The notes beneath the pieces are model-generated. The model had not been told where the DNA came from. It searched no databases and worked only from the letters and a program-made list of their open reading frames with translations. From Octopus vulgaris (lineage: Eukaryota), in NCBI GenBank assembly GCA_951406725.2, contig OX597816.1, positions 90,582,001-90,646,000 of the forward strand: a DNA stretch of 64,000 bases, given 5' to 3'. Positions 13,800-25,259 of the stretch are shown in pieces (the stretch's first letter is position 1; every line of letters starts with the position of its first letter). Both the position numbers and the translations under genes were made by a program.

Positions 13800-14200
13800 T
13801 ACACACATAGCCAATCTCACTACACTCTTATTTTCCCCCTCAGGAATGTACGTCTGCACGCACTCACATATACACGCGCGCACACATACACTTACACTAT
13901 AGACTAAGCCGCACATGCTCACATATACACGGCACACACATACAAATATATATATACACATATACACATACACACAGAATACACATATATTCTCACATAT
14001 AAGCGTACACTCACACATACATATTCACACACACATTCACATGTACCAACATTAAAAACCGCAATTACCTCTCACATTTCCGGTTACTCTGAAATTGCAC
14101 AGGCGAGTCACTCACGTGCATTTTTTCCTAGCTATCTTCTCTTTTCTCATCTCTTTTTGTCATATATTTCTCTTCTTCCCTGGATTATTCTTTTTTGTAC

Positions 14201-14228
14201 CTGATGAAGGACCACGTCCGAAACGTTT
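14201..14228 (+). ncRNA. Minimal hammerhead core, stem I lost
   Basis: CUGAUGA-A-GGAC cac GUCC-GAAACGUU. The flanks do not pair. Confidence 0.5.
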
Positions 14229-14233
14229 TTCTT

Positions 14234-16287
14234 TCGCTGTATAATTTTTCCTTTATATAAAACTATTTTGCTTCTTTGGAAAAGTTATATATAATTGCCA
14301 TCTGCGTCAGACAGATCGCAATTAGACAAAATAACGAAAACAGGGTTGTTAAATAACTATATCAGAGATTACTAACTAAAGGAAGTAAGAACAATTTCTT
14401 CATTATACACATTTGTTTGCACAAATAACATTTGTATAAATCCATTTTGTAATTAATTAGTGAATTAATTGATTAAGTCATTAATTTATGAAATAGTTTG
14501 CTCTTTATCATTCTCATCACATCTTTAAGTTATTATCATAAAACTTTAAGATCTGATGTGATTGGAAGCGGGTAATATGTTTGATTGATTGATTAATTAA
14601 TTATGATATGGATTTACATAATTTTATATATTTACGAATCAATGTATAAACCGACGAAATATTTCCTCCAGCAATTCGAAACGATCGTCGCCTACAATAA
14701 GTGATGTAACAAGAGAGTGTTGGTTGTTTTCGTTTGATTGCTAATATATAAAAAAAATAAAATCTGCGCCCTTTTTAAAGCCTAGCCAGGCTCATGGACC
14801 CGGTTTCCCGGTTTCAATGGCGTATGTGTTCTCCAGCTGGACGGGACACCAGTCCATCGCAGCGTTACTCATTTTTGTCAGCTGAGTGGACTGGAGCAAC
14901 GTGAAAATGAAGTACTTTGCTCAAGAACACAACGCGACGCCCGGTCTAGGAATCGTAACCACAATTACGATCATGATGCTGACACCTTAACCACTAAGCC
15001 ACGCACCTACACGATTGCTAATATACTCTGCGATAAATACATCAATCCATTGAATGATGATCCTCCTTTAATTTTCAGTTTGTATGGAATACTCTGTGGG
15101 TTAAATGTATGTGGATTCCAATTTTCCTCACTTGACATTCTTTCTGTTAGCCAGGCTTTACGATTGGAGTGCAAACCGAAAAATTCGTCTACATTTAATC
15201 CCTATTTCTCTCGTTATACAAGTGTGTGTGTGTGAGTGTGAGTGTGGGTGTGAGTGTGTGTCGCTGTATAATTTTTCCTTTATATAAAACTATTTTGCTT
15301 CTTTGGAAAAGTTATATATAATTGCCATCTGCGTCAGACAGATCGCAATTAGACAAAATAACGAAAACAGGGTTGTTAAATAACTATATCAGAGATTACT
15401 AACTAAAGGAAGTAAGAACAATTTCTTCATTATACACATTTGTTTGCACAAATAACATTTGTATAAATCCATTTTGTAATTAATTAGTGAATTAATTGAT
15501 TAAGTCATTAATTTATGAAATAGTTTGCTCTTTATCATTCTCATCACATCTTTAAGTTATTATCATAAAGCTTTAAGATCTGATGTGATTGGAAGCGGGT
15601 AATTTGTTTGATTGATTGATTAATTAATTATGATATGGATTTACATAATTTTATATATTTACGAATCAATGTATAAACCGACGAAATATTTCCTCCAGCA
15701 ATTCGAAACGATCGTCGCCTACAATAAGTGATGTAACAAGAGAGTGTTGGTTGTTTTCGTTTGATTGCTAATATATAAAAAAAATAAAATCTGCGCCCTT
15801 TTTAAAGCCTAGCCAGGCTCATGGACCCGGTTTCCCGGTTTCAATGGCATATGTGTTCTCCAGCTGGACGGGACACCAGTCCATCGCAGCGTTACTCATT
15901 TTTGTCAGCTGAGTGGACTGGAGCAACGTGAAAATGAAGTACTTTGCTCAAGAACACAACGCGTCGCCCGGTCTAGGAATCGTAACCACAATTACGATCA
16001 TGATGCTGACACCTTAACCACTAAGCCACGCACCTACACGATTGCTTATATACTCTGCGATAAATACATCAATCCATTGAATGATGATCCTCCTTTAATT
16101 TTCAGTTTGTATGGAATACTCTGTGGGTTAAATGTATGTGGATTCCAATTTTCCTCACTTGACATTCTTTCTGTTAGCCAGGCTTTACGATTGGAGTGCA
16201 AACCGAAAAATTCGTCTACATTTAATCCCTATTTCTCTCGTTATACAAGTGTGTGTGTGTGAGTGTGAGTGTGGGTGTGAGTGTGTG
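14234..16287 (+). repeat. 1027-bp direct tandem duplication
   Basis: tcgctgtataatttttcc at 14234 and 15261. Identical ORFs at 15050 and 16077. About 5 substitutions seen. Confidence 0.95.
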
Positions 16288-16321
16288 TGTGTGTGTGCAT
16301 GTGTATATGTGCGCGCGCACG

Positions 16322-16460
16322 CATGTATGCACACGGGGCTAGGTTTGTAGGGTAAACGATATCTGTAACTCTTTTTTGCTGAAGCAGTAGTTGATGGTAA
16401 CATGACAGGGAGACTTAGTGCGCATGATTTACAAGAAATGCGAATAGACAGGAATTATCA

Positions 16461-16503
<43 letters not shown>

Positions 16504-16762
16504 ATATAAACACACACACATACAAATATATATATACATACATATATGTATGTATGTATATATATATATATATATATATATAGACATACATACAAATATA
16601 TATATATATATACACTGATACAAATATATATGTGCATATATATACATACGAATATGTATCTATATATATATATTTACATAGAAATATATATGTGTACACA
16701 CACACACATATATATACACATATTTGTGTGTATATATATATATTTCTTTGTATGTGTATGTC

Positions 16763-16793
<31 letters not shown>

Positions 16794-17457
16794 CTATATT
16801 ATATTAAAAATGAAATTCAATCTTGTTTGCTTGCATTGTTGCACAGCTAAACCTGCGCATAATGAAAAAATACTTTGAAGGTATAATGCCCTTGAAATGT
16901 GAATGCAAGCGGAATAAAACAAGTAAATCGGACTTGTGGTTATTCGGGGTTTTGGTGGGTATATATACCAAAAATGGAGCATAATGGGAAGATACTCCGA
17001 AAATAACTTCACTGTAAAAGGGAAGAAGCTCTGTTAGACACATTATGATGGGCAAATACTTTTATATGAAAATGACTTTATAAATAGGGTAAATATTTCA
17101 TAAAAGACCTGTTCATAACCTTAGCGTAACAGTTTTTTTTGAGTGCATTCAACGTATCTCACCTCCAAAAATTTGGCTACCATTTCTAGCACGCTCTGCT
17201 ACTACTATTTGCAATAAAGGACCCGAAATGCTAGTTACGTGGTAGCAGGGCGTGCAAGAAATAGCAGCCAAATATTTCTTTTTCCGGGGAAAGGAACCGT
17301 TTACGCGTGATTTCGATGTCACATTAGCTGAAAGCATGCGGAATAACCTGGAAAAGAGAAAAACCCCACGAAACTTCCGTTGCTGGGGAACTCAGACGTT
17401 CCCGGTACTTTGAATTATTAATGACTTAACGGGTCACGTGTAGTCTAGTCTAGTCTA

Positions 17458-17509
<52 letters not shown>

Positions 17510-17655
17510 GTGTGTGTGATAATTCTTGCCCATTTGTGTTCCTTGGAAATCATGCGCACTAAGTCTCCCTGTCAAGTGACCAGCAACTACTGCTTCAGCA
17601 ATAAAGAAATACAGATATTGTTTACTCTACAAACCTAGCCCCATGTACATACACG
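16322..17655. repeat. Inverted repeat pair (about 140-bp arms, 16322-16460 and 17517-17655)
   Basis: ggggctaggtttgtag...gacagggagacttagtgcgcatgattt versus aaatcatgcgcactaagtctccctgtc...ctacaaacctagcccc. Confidence 0.88.
16793..17458 (+). mobile_element. Non-autonomous Helitron-like element
   Basis: 5' TCTATATTATATTAAAA start and 3' ...gtagtCTAGtCTAGtCTAGt end, sitting in a microsatellite. Confidence 0.55.
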
Positions 17656-17672
17656 CACGTACGCACACACAC

Positions 17673-17766
<94 letters not shown>

Positions 17767-17785
17767 GTATGTATGTATGTATATA

Positions 17786-18216
17786 CACGTGTGTGTGTGT
17801 TTCAGATATACAGATAACAAAAGACAAAAACAGGTGAGGAAACAAGAAGCAGGTGCATTAGTTTGGCGCTTGGGAAGAATGGAAAAGTCATTGACGTTTC
17901 GAGCCTACGCTCTTCGATAGAAAGGGATGAGAAGAAAGAAATGGCGATAGTAAAAGACGGAGAGAAAAAAATAATGCAACGGGATTAACATATATATATA
18001 TATATGATATATCGTTAATCCCGTTGCATTATTTTTTCTCTCCGTCTTTTACTATCGCCATTTCTTTCTTCTCATCCCTTTCTATCGAAGAGCGTAGGCT
18101 CGAAACGTCAATGACTTTTCCATTCTCCCCGAGCGTCAAACTAATGCACCTGCTTCTTGTTTCCTCACCTGTTTTTGTCTTTTGTTATCTTTATATCTGA
18201 AACACACACACACGTG
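17786..18216. repeat. Near-perfect 430-bp palindrome made of two Penelope-like terminal sequences
   Basis: Arms 17786-17989 and 18014-18216 with a TA-rich loop. Each arm carries a degenerate hammerhead-like ctatcgaagagcgtaggctcgaaacgtc. Confidence 0.9.
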
Positions 18217-18271
18217 CGCGCACAACACTCACACACAAGCGCACACTCACACCCACACACGCGCACGCACA

Positions 18272-18369
18272 TACGAGGCGGTATCAAAAAGTTCCTAGAG
18301 TAGTTATATTTAATAAAAAATATAACTTATTTACCTAAGTTTTAACATCATCTTCTTCGAAGTAGTCAC
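18272..18369 (-). mobile_element. 3' end of a mariner-type transposon, cut by the gap
   Basis: TAcgagg terminus. Minus strand reads DYFEEDD, typical of a mariner transposase C-terminus (GDYFE). Confidence 0.55.
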
Positions 18370-18469
18370 NNNNNNNNNNNNNNNNNNNNNNNNNNNNNNN
18401 NNNNNNNNNNNNNNNNNNNNNNNNNNNNNNNNNNNNNNNNNNNNNNNNNNNNNNNNNNNNNNNNNNNNN
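18370..18469. other. Assembly gap (100 N)
   Basis: Run of N. Confidence 1.
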
Positions 18470-18557
18470 ATATTGATAGATTCATACATGCGCACTCATA
18501 CACATATACAGAGACACGTGGACACGTACATATATATATGTACATACACACACACAT

Positions 18558-18608
<51 letters not shown>

Positions 18609-18610
<2 letters not shown>

Positions 18611-19670
18611 ATCTTTTCAATTCTGAAGCCAGGACCACATATCTTTCTACTTAACCAAATAATCTGAAACTTCGTATGCTGATAGAGTCTAGCAAAACAA
18701 GACACAGGTTGGAACTAGTTTATTTGAGAAAATCTATTTTATGACTTTAATCGTAGATTAAAACTGCGAATTTTAACCAATCAGATTGTTTGTTTTCATG
18801 TGTAAAACTTGACTGCATTCTATTAGTGTGACGTAGAAAGCGCTTTTGTGACGTACTAACGTTCGGAAAACTGTAAACAAACACAGAACGTAACGGCAGA
18901 CGAAATACGGCTACGCATTTCGCCCAGCGTGCTAACGTTTCTGCCAGCTCTTTGCTTTTTAATATTAAATTTCGGCGAAGTTTCGCTTGTCGTAGCACAA
19001 GTTTTCCGTCGATTTCCGTAAAAAAACTTTTATTTTTTTACATAAGTAATGAGAGCGAAAGAGACTAAGAGGAAGCGATTTTATGACGAGGGAAGTTTGT
19101 CTTTGAAGTTACCGTCTAGGGGAAGCATTGATGTACATGTGTGTGTGTGTGATGGGGTGTGGGAGACAGTATGTTGTGTAAGTGAAGTGCTTCTGTTAGT
19201 GTGTGTGAAGAGACAGAGAGAGTAATGTGTGAAAGAGAGAGATAACTGAAATTTTTTACTCGGTGTATGTGTATATGTATGTCTGCATGTATGTGTGTGT
19301 GTGTATGTATCTATGTATGTATGGCCGATTCATCGTAATTACGATGAATCGGCCATACATACATACACACACACACATACATACACACACACATACTTAC
19401 TTAGAAGGATGCGCTTGTTTACATTTAAGATGTTTAATACGTCACGAAATTGGTGGTCGAGACGGAGTAACTAAAATAAAGCCGAATGACGGAATATCAT
19501 TGGTTAAAATTCTAATTATTAAACAACGTTAAACTTAGAAGTTACAATTCCGTTTTCATTCTGGTTTACAATTAAGTTTACTTTTGACACATTCTACCAG
19601 TATACGAAGTTTCAAATTGTTTGGTTCAGTAGGAAAAATTTGAAAAAACTGGCTTCAGAATAGAAAAGAT

Positions 19671-19672
<2 letters not shown>
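18609..19672. mobile_element. Non-autonomous TIR element (MITE-like) in (TA)n
   Basis: About 80-bp imperfect TIRs: ggatcttttcaattctgaagccag...gaaacttcgtatgctg and cagtatacgaagtttc...ctggcttcagaatagaaaagatcc. Confidence 0.8.
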
Positions 19673-19711
<39 letters not shown>

Positions 19712-21158
19712 TACCTATGTGCATATAAATGTATGTATACACACACATATATACACGTGTGCACACACACGCACACATATATACACACATACATACATAT
19801 ATATAATATACACACAAATACACACAACCATGTACATGCATACCCGCACACATATATGCTAACATATATGTAGCTATATAATATATATTCTATGCATAGT
19901 TACACATGTAACATAATACATGTACACATATACATGTCTATGTATGCATACATGCATGCATGTATGTATGAATGTATATGCTAGATAGGTATGAGGTTGC
20001 CGATGTATTTATTTTTTAGTGTCAGAGGGAGCTGCAGAAGAGAAGGGTGTATATATATACTGTTAGTCTGATCAGGGGTTAACCATAAAGTTATTCATTT
20101 TCAATGTGTTTAACTATATAGGAAACACGTACCCTTTGAAAATGTGGGTAGTTTTGCGCCACCCATAAGTTTGTAATGAATGGGTTTCTCTGAATAGATC
20201 GTGTAACCGAATCTTGTCAGAGGTCATGACCCTTGATAGCTTTAGAGAGCAAACAGAGAGGTAGAAAAAGAAATTTTAGATGTCAATAGTAAAAAAAGAA
20301 ACACACACAAAATATCTATAATAGCCCCATAACAACAACAACAACAACTACAAAACAACAAAAGGAATAAAGTTTTAAAGGCAAGAAAAGGAAGTTAGTC
20401 TGGTAGTTGAATCCAGAGAATAATTTCAAGGCATAAAGAAAAATAAAAGGAGGAAAAAAAAACCCAAGCAAAACACATTGTGAGTATGCTAAAACTGTTT
20501 CCGTAACGGCTCCTTCCCCTTCCAATGTTTTTAAATGTTTGTTTGACTTGATTTCATTTCTTATTTACTCTAAAGTCAAGGCACTTAATGACTAAGAATA
20601 AGTTATCACTTTAAATCACGTCATACTTTCAATAAAAAAACTAAAAAAAAAAAGTTTATCGTTTTCCTTATACATTAGTGCTGACCCCAACATCCTAACC
20701 TACATCTAAAAACAAAGAAGCAGTCAGATCCTTCATACCTGTCACGTGATAAAACTACAAATAATAGTATTTTTCACTCGGGTTTCCGGTATATTTGGTG
20801 CTGATAAATATCTTAGTGACAGAGTAAGTAGCCATTCATATCAATTGTGGACGATTGACGATTTGAAATTGATGATATTGTCTTGCATATGTGGACGAAA
20901 TGATAAATAATTTGATATTTCAATGACCAAGTAACAAAAACAAAGAGGGAAAAAAAGAAGAAAAAATTAAGAGGATATTAATGCAAATATAAGGTTGAAA
21001 GCAATCAATCAATCAACCAATCAATTAGTCTGTCTGTCTGATCGTCTGCCTGTCTGTCTGCCTGATCGTCTGCCTGTCTGTCTGCATATATAATTGATAT
21101 ATCATCCAACGATGGAGTCTCCTATATGATAGTTAATCCCATTTAAAAGAGCAATCAA

Positions 21159-21216
<58 letters not shown>

Positions 21217-21914
21217 CATCTTTCAATCTGCTGTCTGTCCGTTTATCTGTCCTTCTCTCCCGCTCTCTCCCGCTCTCTCTCTCTCTCTCTCTCTATTTAC
21301 TGTCTGTCTTTCTGTCTGCACGTTTATATAATTATATATATCATCTACCGACGATATATTTAGCATCAGTAGAAGTTGAAATGGCTCTACCTCGAGAAAC
21401 TGAAAAGGATAACCAATCAAACCATTTGCTACCATCAATTGTACACGTCCCAATATAATTTTAAATATTTGGAAATATTGTGTACATAATCCTGCGAGAG
21501 TGCAGTTAAGATTGATAAAAACAGCCAACTCTCATTCGAATCAAGCACTAGAGTTCAATACACACACATACACACACACACTCACATATTATGTATGTAT
21601 TCTTTAAAGCATATATATATATAAGCGAGTGGCCATCATTGACAAGACCAAGCAAGGTCGAAGTCACGTGATCTGGTGGTCTCGGCACTGGAGGTAGCAG
21701 GGATTCATCTCTCCGTGCGCGATATCAACATGAGTGTATTTTGTACCAAAAACCCAGTACGAGAGTTTCTGGTCTTTTCTCCAAATTTTCTCTTTAATGC
21801 ACATATTTTCTTATTTTATTTACTCAATATATTTAACTTCACCTTACGCAAATGTCTTACACTTTGACCCCTTATGTGTAAATTTGGTAGACAGAAACTA
21901 TGTGGAAGCCTTTC

Positions 21915-21974
<60 letters not shown>

Positions 21975-22865
21975 AACTATCCCGTCGAAGACGACGTATG
22001 AACGATAAAAGACAGCAACCAACTCTCATTCAAATCAAGTACTTCACACACACACACACACACATGTCGAACGACCTGCACAAATAATGATTTGTTTATA
22101 ATGATCAAATGTTCGTGCCCTACCTTAGCTCACTTTCTCCATCAAATTGACGTTGTTTGAACAGATGCATTGTGTACCACGCATCAGGTGTCGAAATGGT
22201 CGCAGGGCAACGTGAGATGAAGTGTTTTGCTCAAGAACACAATGCACCACCAGGTGTAGGAATTGAAATCATGATCGCGAGATCATGAGTCCAACATCCT
22301 AATCACTAAATCATGCGCCCTCATATATGTGTGTTTGTGAATGCCTGCGTATTTGTGCTTGTCCTCTCACTACAACTTCACCACCGGTGTTTGTTTACGT
22401 CCCCGTAACATAGCTGTTTGATGATAGAGACCGATAGAATAGATACAAAACTTTAAAAATAAGCTCTAGGATTAACTTGTTCAGTTAAACACTTCAAGAC
22501 GGTACCCTAGTATGGCCCCGGATCAATGGCTGTAACAAGTAAAAGACAAAACCTTTTCCAATTTCCTTTCAGTGTATCAATAATTAAGCCTTTAATTCTT
22601 TCAATGTTATAATTTTAATTTTTGAAGATTTTTATTTTGTAATTTAAAAAGTATTTATTAATTTACCATTCTAATTATAAAAAACCCACGTTATTTTAAC
22701 TTTTTCTATAATTTTTCTATGTAATTAATTAGTGCTCTGAGGGACAGGTTGTGGTTACCATATTCCGTATTTTATAAGATATTTCTTCTATTATTATCAG
22801 TTTCATTAAGGCGGCGAGCTCACAGAATCGTTAATGCGCCAGCGAAAATGCTTAGCATATATATA

Positions 22866-23448
22866 CGAGGGAAGTAAAAAATTACCCGCACTTTCGCCAT
22901 ATCATATCTTTATTATTGTCACATTGCCTTCTGCGCGTGCGTGCTTATAGTTAGTACTACTGTGGTCACGCGATTGAAGTTTGAGCCTGATCGCGCCATT
23001 TTTCTTTCTGGCTTTACAGTATAAGCATGGCCGCTCCACTCGCAATGTGCGACAAAGAAGAACAAAGAGCAGTGATCCGAGAGATGGTAATAGTGAACCG
23101 GTTCACCATTACCCTATCTCGAGCTTGCCGAATTTTTTCTTCAGTGGTGGAGATTGACGGGCGTCCTGTTCCCTCTTCATGCGTAACGCTTTTAAACTTC
23201 TCGATCCATTCATACACACCTCTACGCGGTAGTGCACTGTCCTCGTATTGTGTTAAAAGTCTCCGATGAATTTCAGCACCTGACACACCTTACGACCAGA
23301 GAAATCGGACCACTGTTCTTTGTTCTTCTTTGGTGAACATTGCTAGTGGAGCGGCCATGCTTATACTGTGAAGCCAGAAAGAAAAATGGCGTGATCAGGC
23401 AATCGGATATATTATGGCGAAAGTGCGGATAATTTTTGTCTCCCTCTC

Positions 23449-23449
<1 letters not shown>
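22866..23449. mobile_element. Mariner-derived MITE built from two inverted 5' ends
   Basis: TAcgaggg...aaattacccgcactttcgccata TIR. Mariner N-terminal HTH peptide EEQRTVVRFLWS*GVSGAEIHRRLLTQY...VYEWIEKFK...GRPS on the minus strand, and MAAPLAMCDKEEQRAVIR on the plus strand. Confidence 0.85.
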
Positions 23450-23516
<67 letters not shown>

Positions 23517-23730
23517 TCAATATAGGGTGGCAAAAAATTTCGTAGAATTTATTTGCCACCAGTGGCCTAGTGGGGAAAAATTAAATAGTCATAGACCATT
23601 TATAAGTTCAACATCACAATCAAGGAATGGCCATAATAGGCCATTCACCCACTAGAAATAACAGCCAAAGCTTCAACCGCAAAATAACATTAATTCCGCA
23701 AACCAGGAGAAAATTAAAAAAACATTTACC

Positions 23731-23845
23731 CTGTAATTTCTTATACGATGCACCGTTTCATCTATTGTTTAATGGTAAACTAACCTGATTAAATTAAATC
23801 AAGCCAATCTTCCATAGGCCGATAGATTCGTCAGTAAGAAAACAG
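23731..23845 (-). ncRNA. Type I hammerhead ribozyme on the minus (Wnt sense) strand
   Basis: Reverse complement of the same motif: tcgtcag at 23828-23834 is CUGACGA. Predicted cleavage between 23744 and 23743. Confidence 0.85.
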
Positions 23846-24199
23846 CCAGATCCGAGCAGATATTATCACGAGGCATCTCTATCCCTGCCTCGGCAATATC
23901 TGACCTAAAATTTTCAAATCATCGCACTCGCGCCAAATTTATCGGCAGCAAATATAAGCCGCCGATTCCATTACGGAATTAACCAGAAAATTCATAATTA
24001 ATCAATATAGGGTGGCAAAAAATTTCGTAGAATTTATTTGCCACCAGCGGCCTAGTGGGAAAAAATTAAATAGTCATAGACCATTTATAAGTTCAACATC
24101 ACAATCAAGGAATGGCCATAATAGGCCATTCACCCACTAGAAATAACAGCCAAAGCTTCAACCGCAAAATAACATTAATTCCGCAAACCAGGAGAAAAT

Positions 24200-24310
24200 T
24201 TTCTTACTGACGAATCTATCGGCCTATGGAAGATTGGCTTGATTTAATTTAATCAGGTTAGTTTACCATTAAACAATAGATGAAACGGTGCATCGTATAA
24301 GAAATTACAG
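24200..24310 (+). ncRNA. Type I hammerhead ribozyme (copy at the inversion junction)
   Basis: UUUCUUA-CUGACGA(24207-24213)-AUCUAU...AUAGAU-GAAA(24282-24285)-CGG UGCA UCG-UA^UAAGAAA. Stems I, II and III all pair. Predicted cleavage after A24297. Confidence 0.85.
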
Positions 24311-24678
24311 GGTAAATGTTTTTAATTTTCTCCTGGTTTGCAGAATTAATGTTATTTTGCGGTTGAAGCTTTGGCTGTTATTTCTAGTGGGTGAATGGCC
24401 TATTATGGCCATTCCTTGATTGTGATGTTGAACTTATAAATGGTCTATGACTATTTAATTTTTTCCCACTAGGCCGCTGGTGGCAAATAAATTCTACGAA
24501 ATTTTTTGCCACCCTATATTGATTAATTATGAATTTTCTGGTTAATTCCGTAATGGAATCGGCGGCTTATATTTGCTGCCGATAAATTTGGCGCGAGTGC
24601 GATGATTTGAAAATTTTAGGTCAGATATTGCCGAGGCAGGGATAGAGATGCCTCGTGATAATATCTGCTCGGATCTGG

Positions 24679-24793
24679 CTGTTTTCTTACTGACGAATCT
24701 ATCGGCCTATGGAAGATTGGCTTGATTTAATTTAATCAGGTTAGTTTACCATTAAACAATAGATGAAACGGTGCATCGTATAAGAAATTACAG
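24679..24793 (+). ncRNA. Type I hammerhead ribozyme (second + strand copy)
   Basis: CUGU-UUUCUUA CUGACGA(24690-24696)...GAAACGGUGCAUCGUA^UAAGAAA-UU-ACAG. Predicted cleavage after A24780. Confidence 0.88.
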
Positions 24794-24954
24794 GGTAAAT
24801 GTTTTTTTAATTTTCTCCTGGTTTGCGGAATTAATGTTATTTTGCGGTTGAAGCTTTGGCTGTTATTTCTAGTGGGTGAATGACCTATTATGGCCATTCC
24901 TTGATTGTGATATATATATATGTATATATATATACATACGTATATATATATACG

Positions 24955-25240
24955 TACACCAACCCTATACTAATACATACACCAACCCTATACATACACA
25001 CGTCCAGACCCATCATACGCACTTATACTCTCTCATACACACACACACACACTTATACATACTAATACGTACTAATACATACTAATACATACTAATACCT
25101 ACACCAACCCCATACATACGCACGTCCACACCAATCCTACGCACTAATACTCTCTCATACACACACACACACACCCTTATACATACTAATACATAGACCA
25201 ACCCTATACATACACACGTCCAGACCCCTCCTACGCATTA
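24955..25240 (+). repeat. Imperfect minisatellite of about 100-120 bp, about 2.5 copies
   Basis: actaatacatacaccaaccctatacatacacacgtccagaccc recurs three times. Confidence 0.75.
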
Positions 25241-25259
25241 TTAGCTGGTCCTTCAACCA

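Larger units (their letters stand above)
23509..24911. mobile_element. Retrozyme-like element: tandem plus inverted array of a 483-485 nt hammerhead-containing unit
   Basis: tatagggtggc recurs at 23521 and 24006 (period 485). Orientation flips at about 24200, and about 1.45 reverse-complement units follow to 24911. Copies differ at only a few positions. Flanked by (TA)n on both sides, with no ORF. Confidence 0.85.

Noticed and set aside
13586-14018. Many ORFs made of YI, HT, CV or YLSI repeats here and across the window
   Set aside because: They are translations of (TA)n, (CA)n and (TATC)n microsatellites, not genes.
23509-23994. A second ribozyme in the opposite polarity of the 485-nt unit (ambisense viroid-like design)
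   Set aside because: No CUGANGA/GAAA hammerhead was found in that polarity by eye; other ribozyme classes were not excluded.
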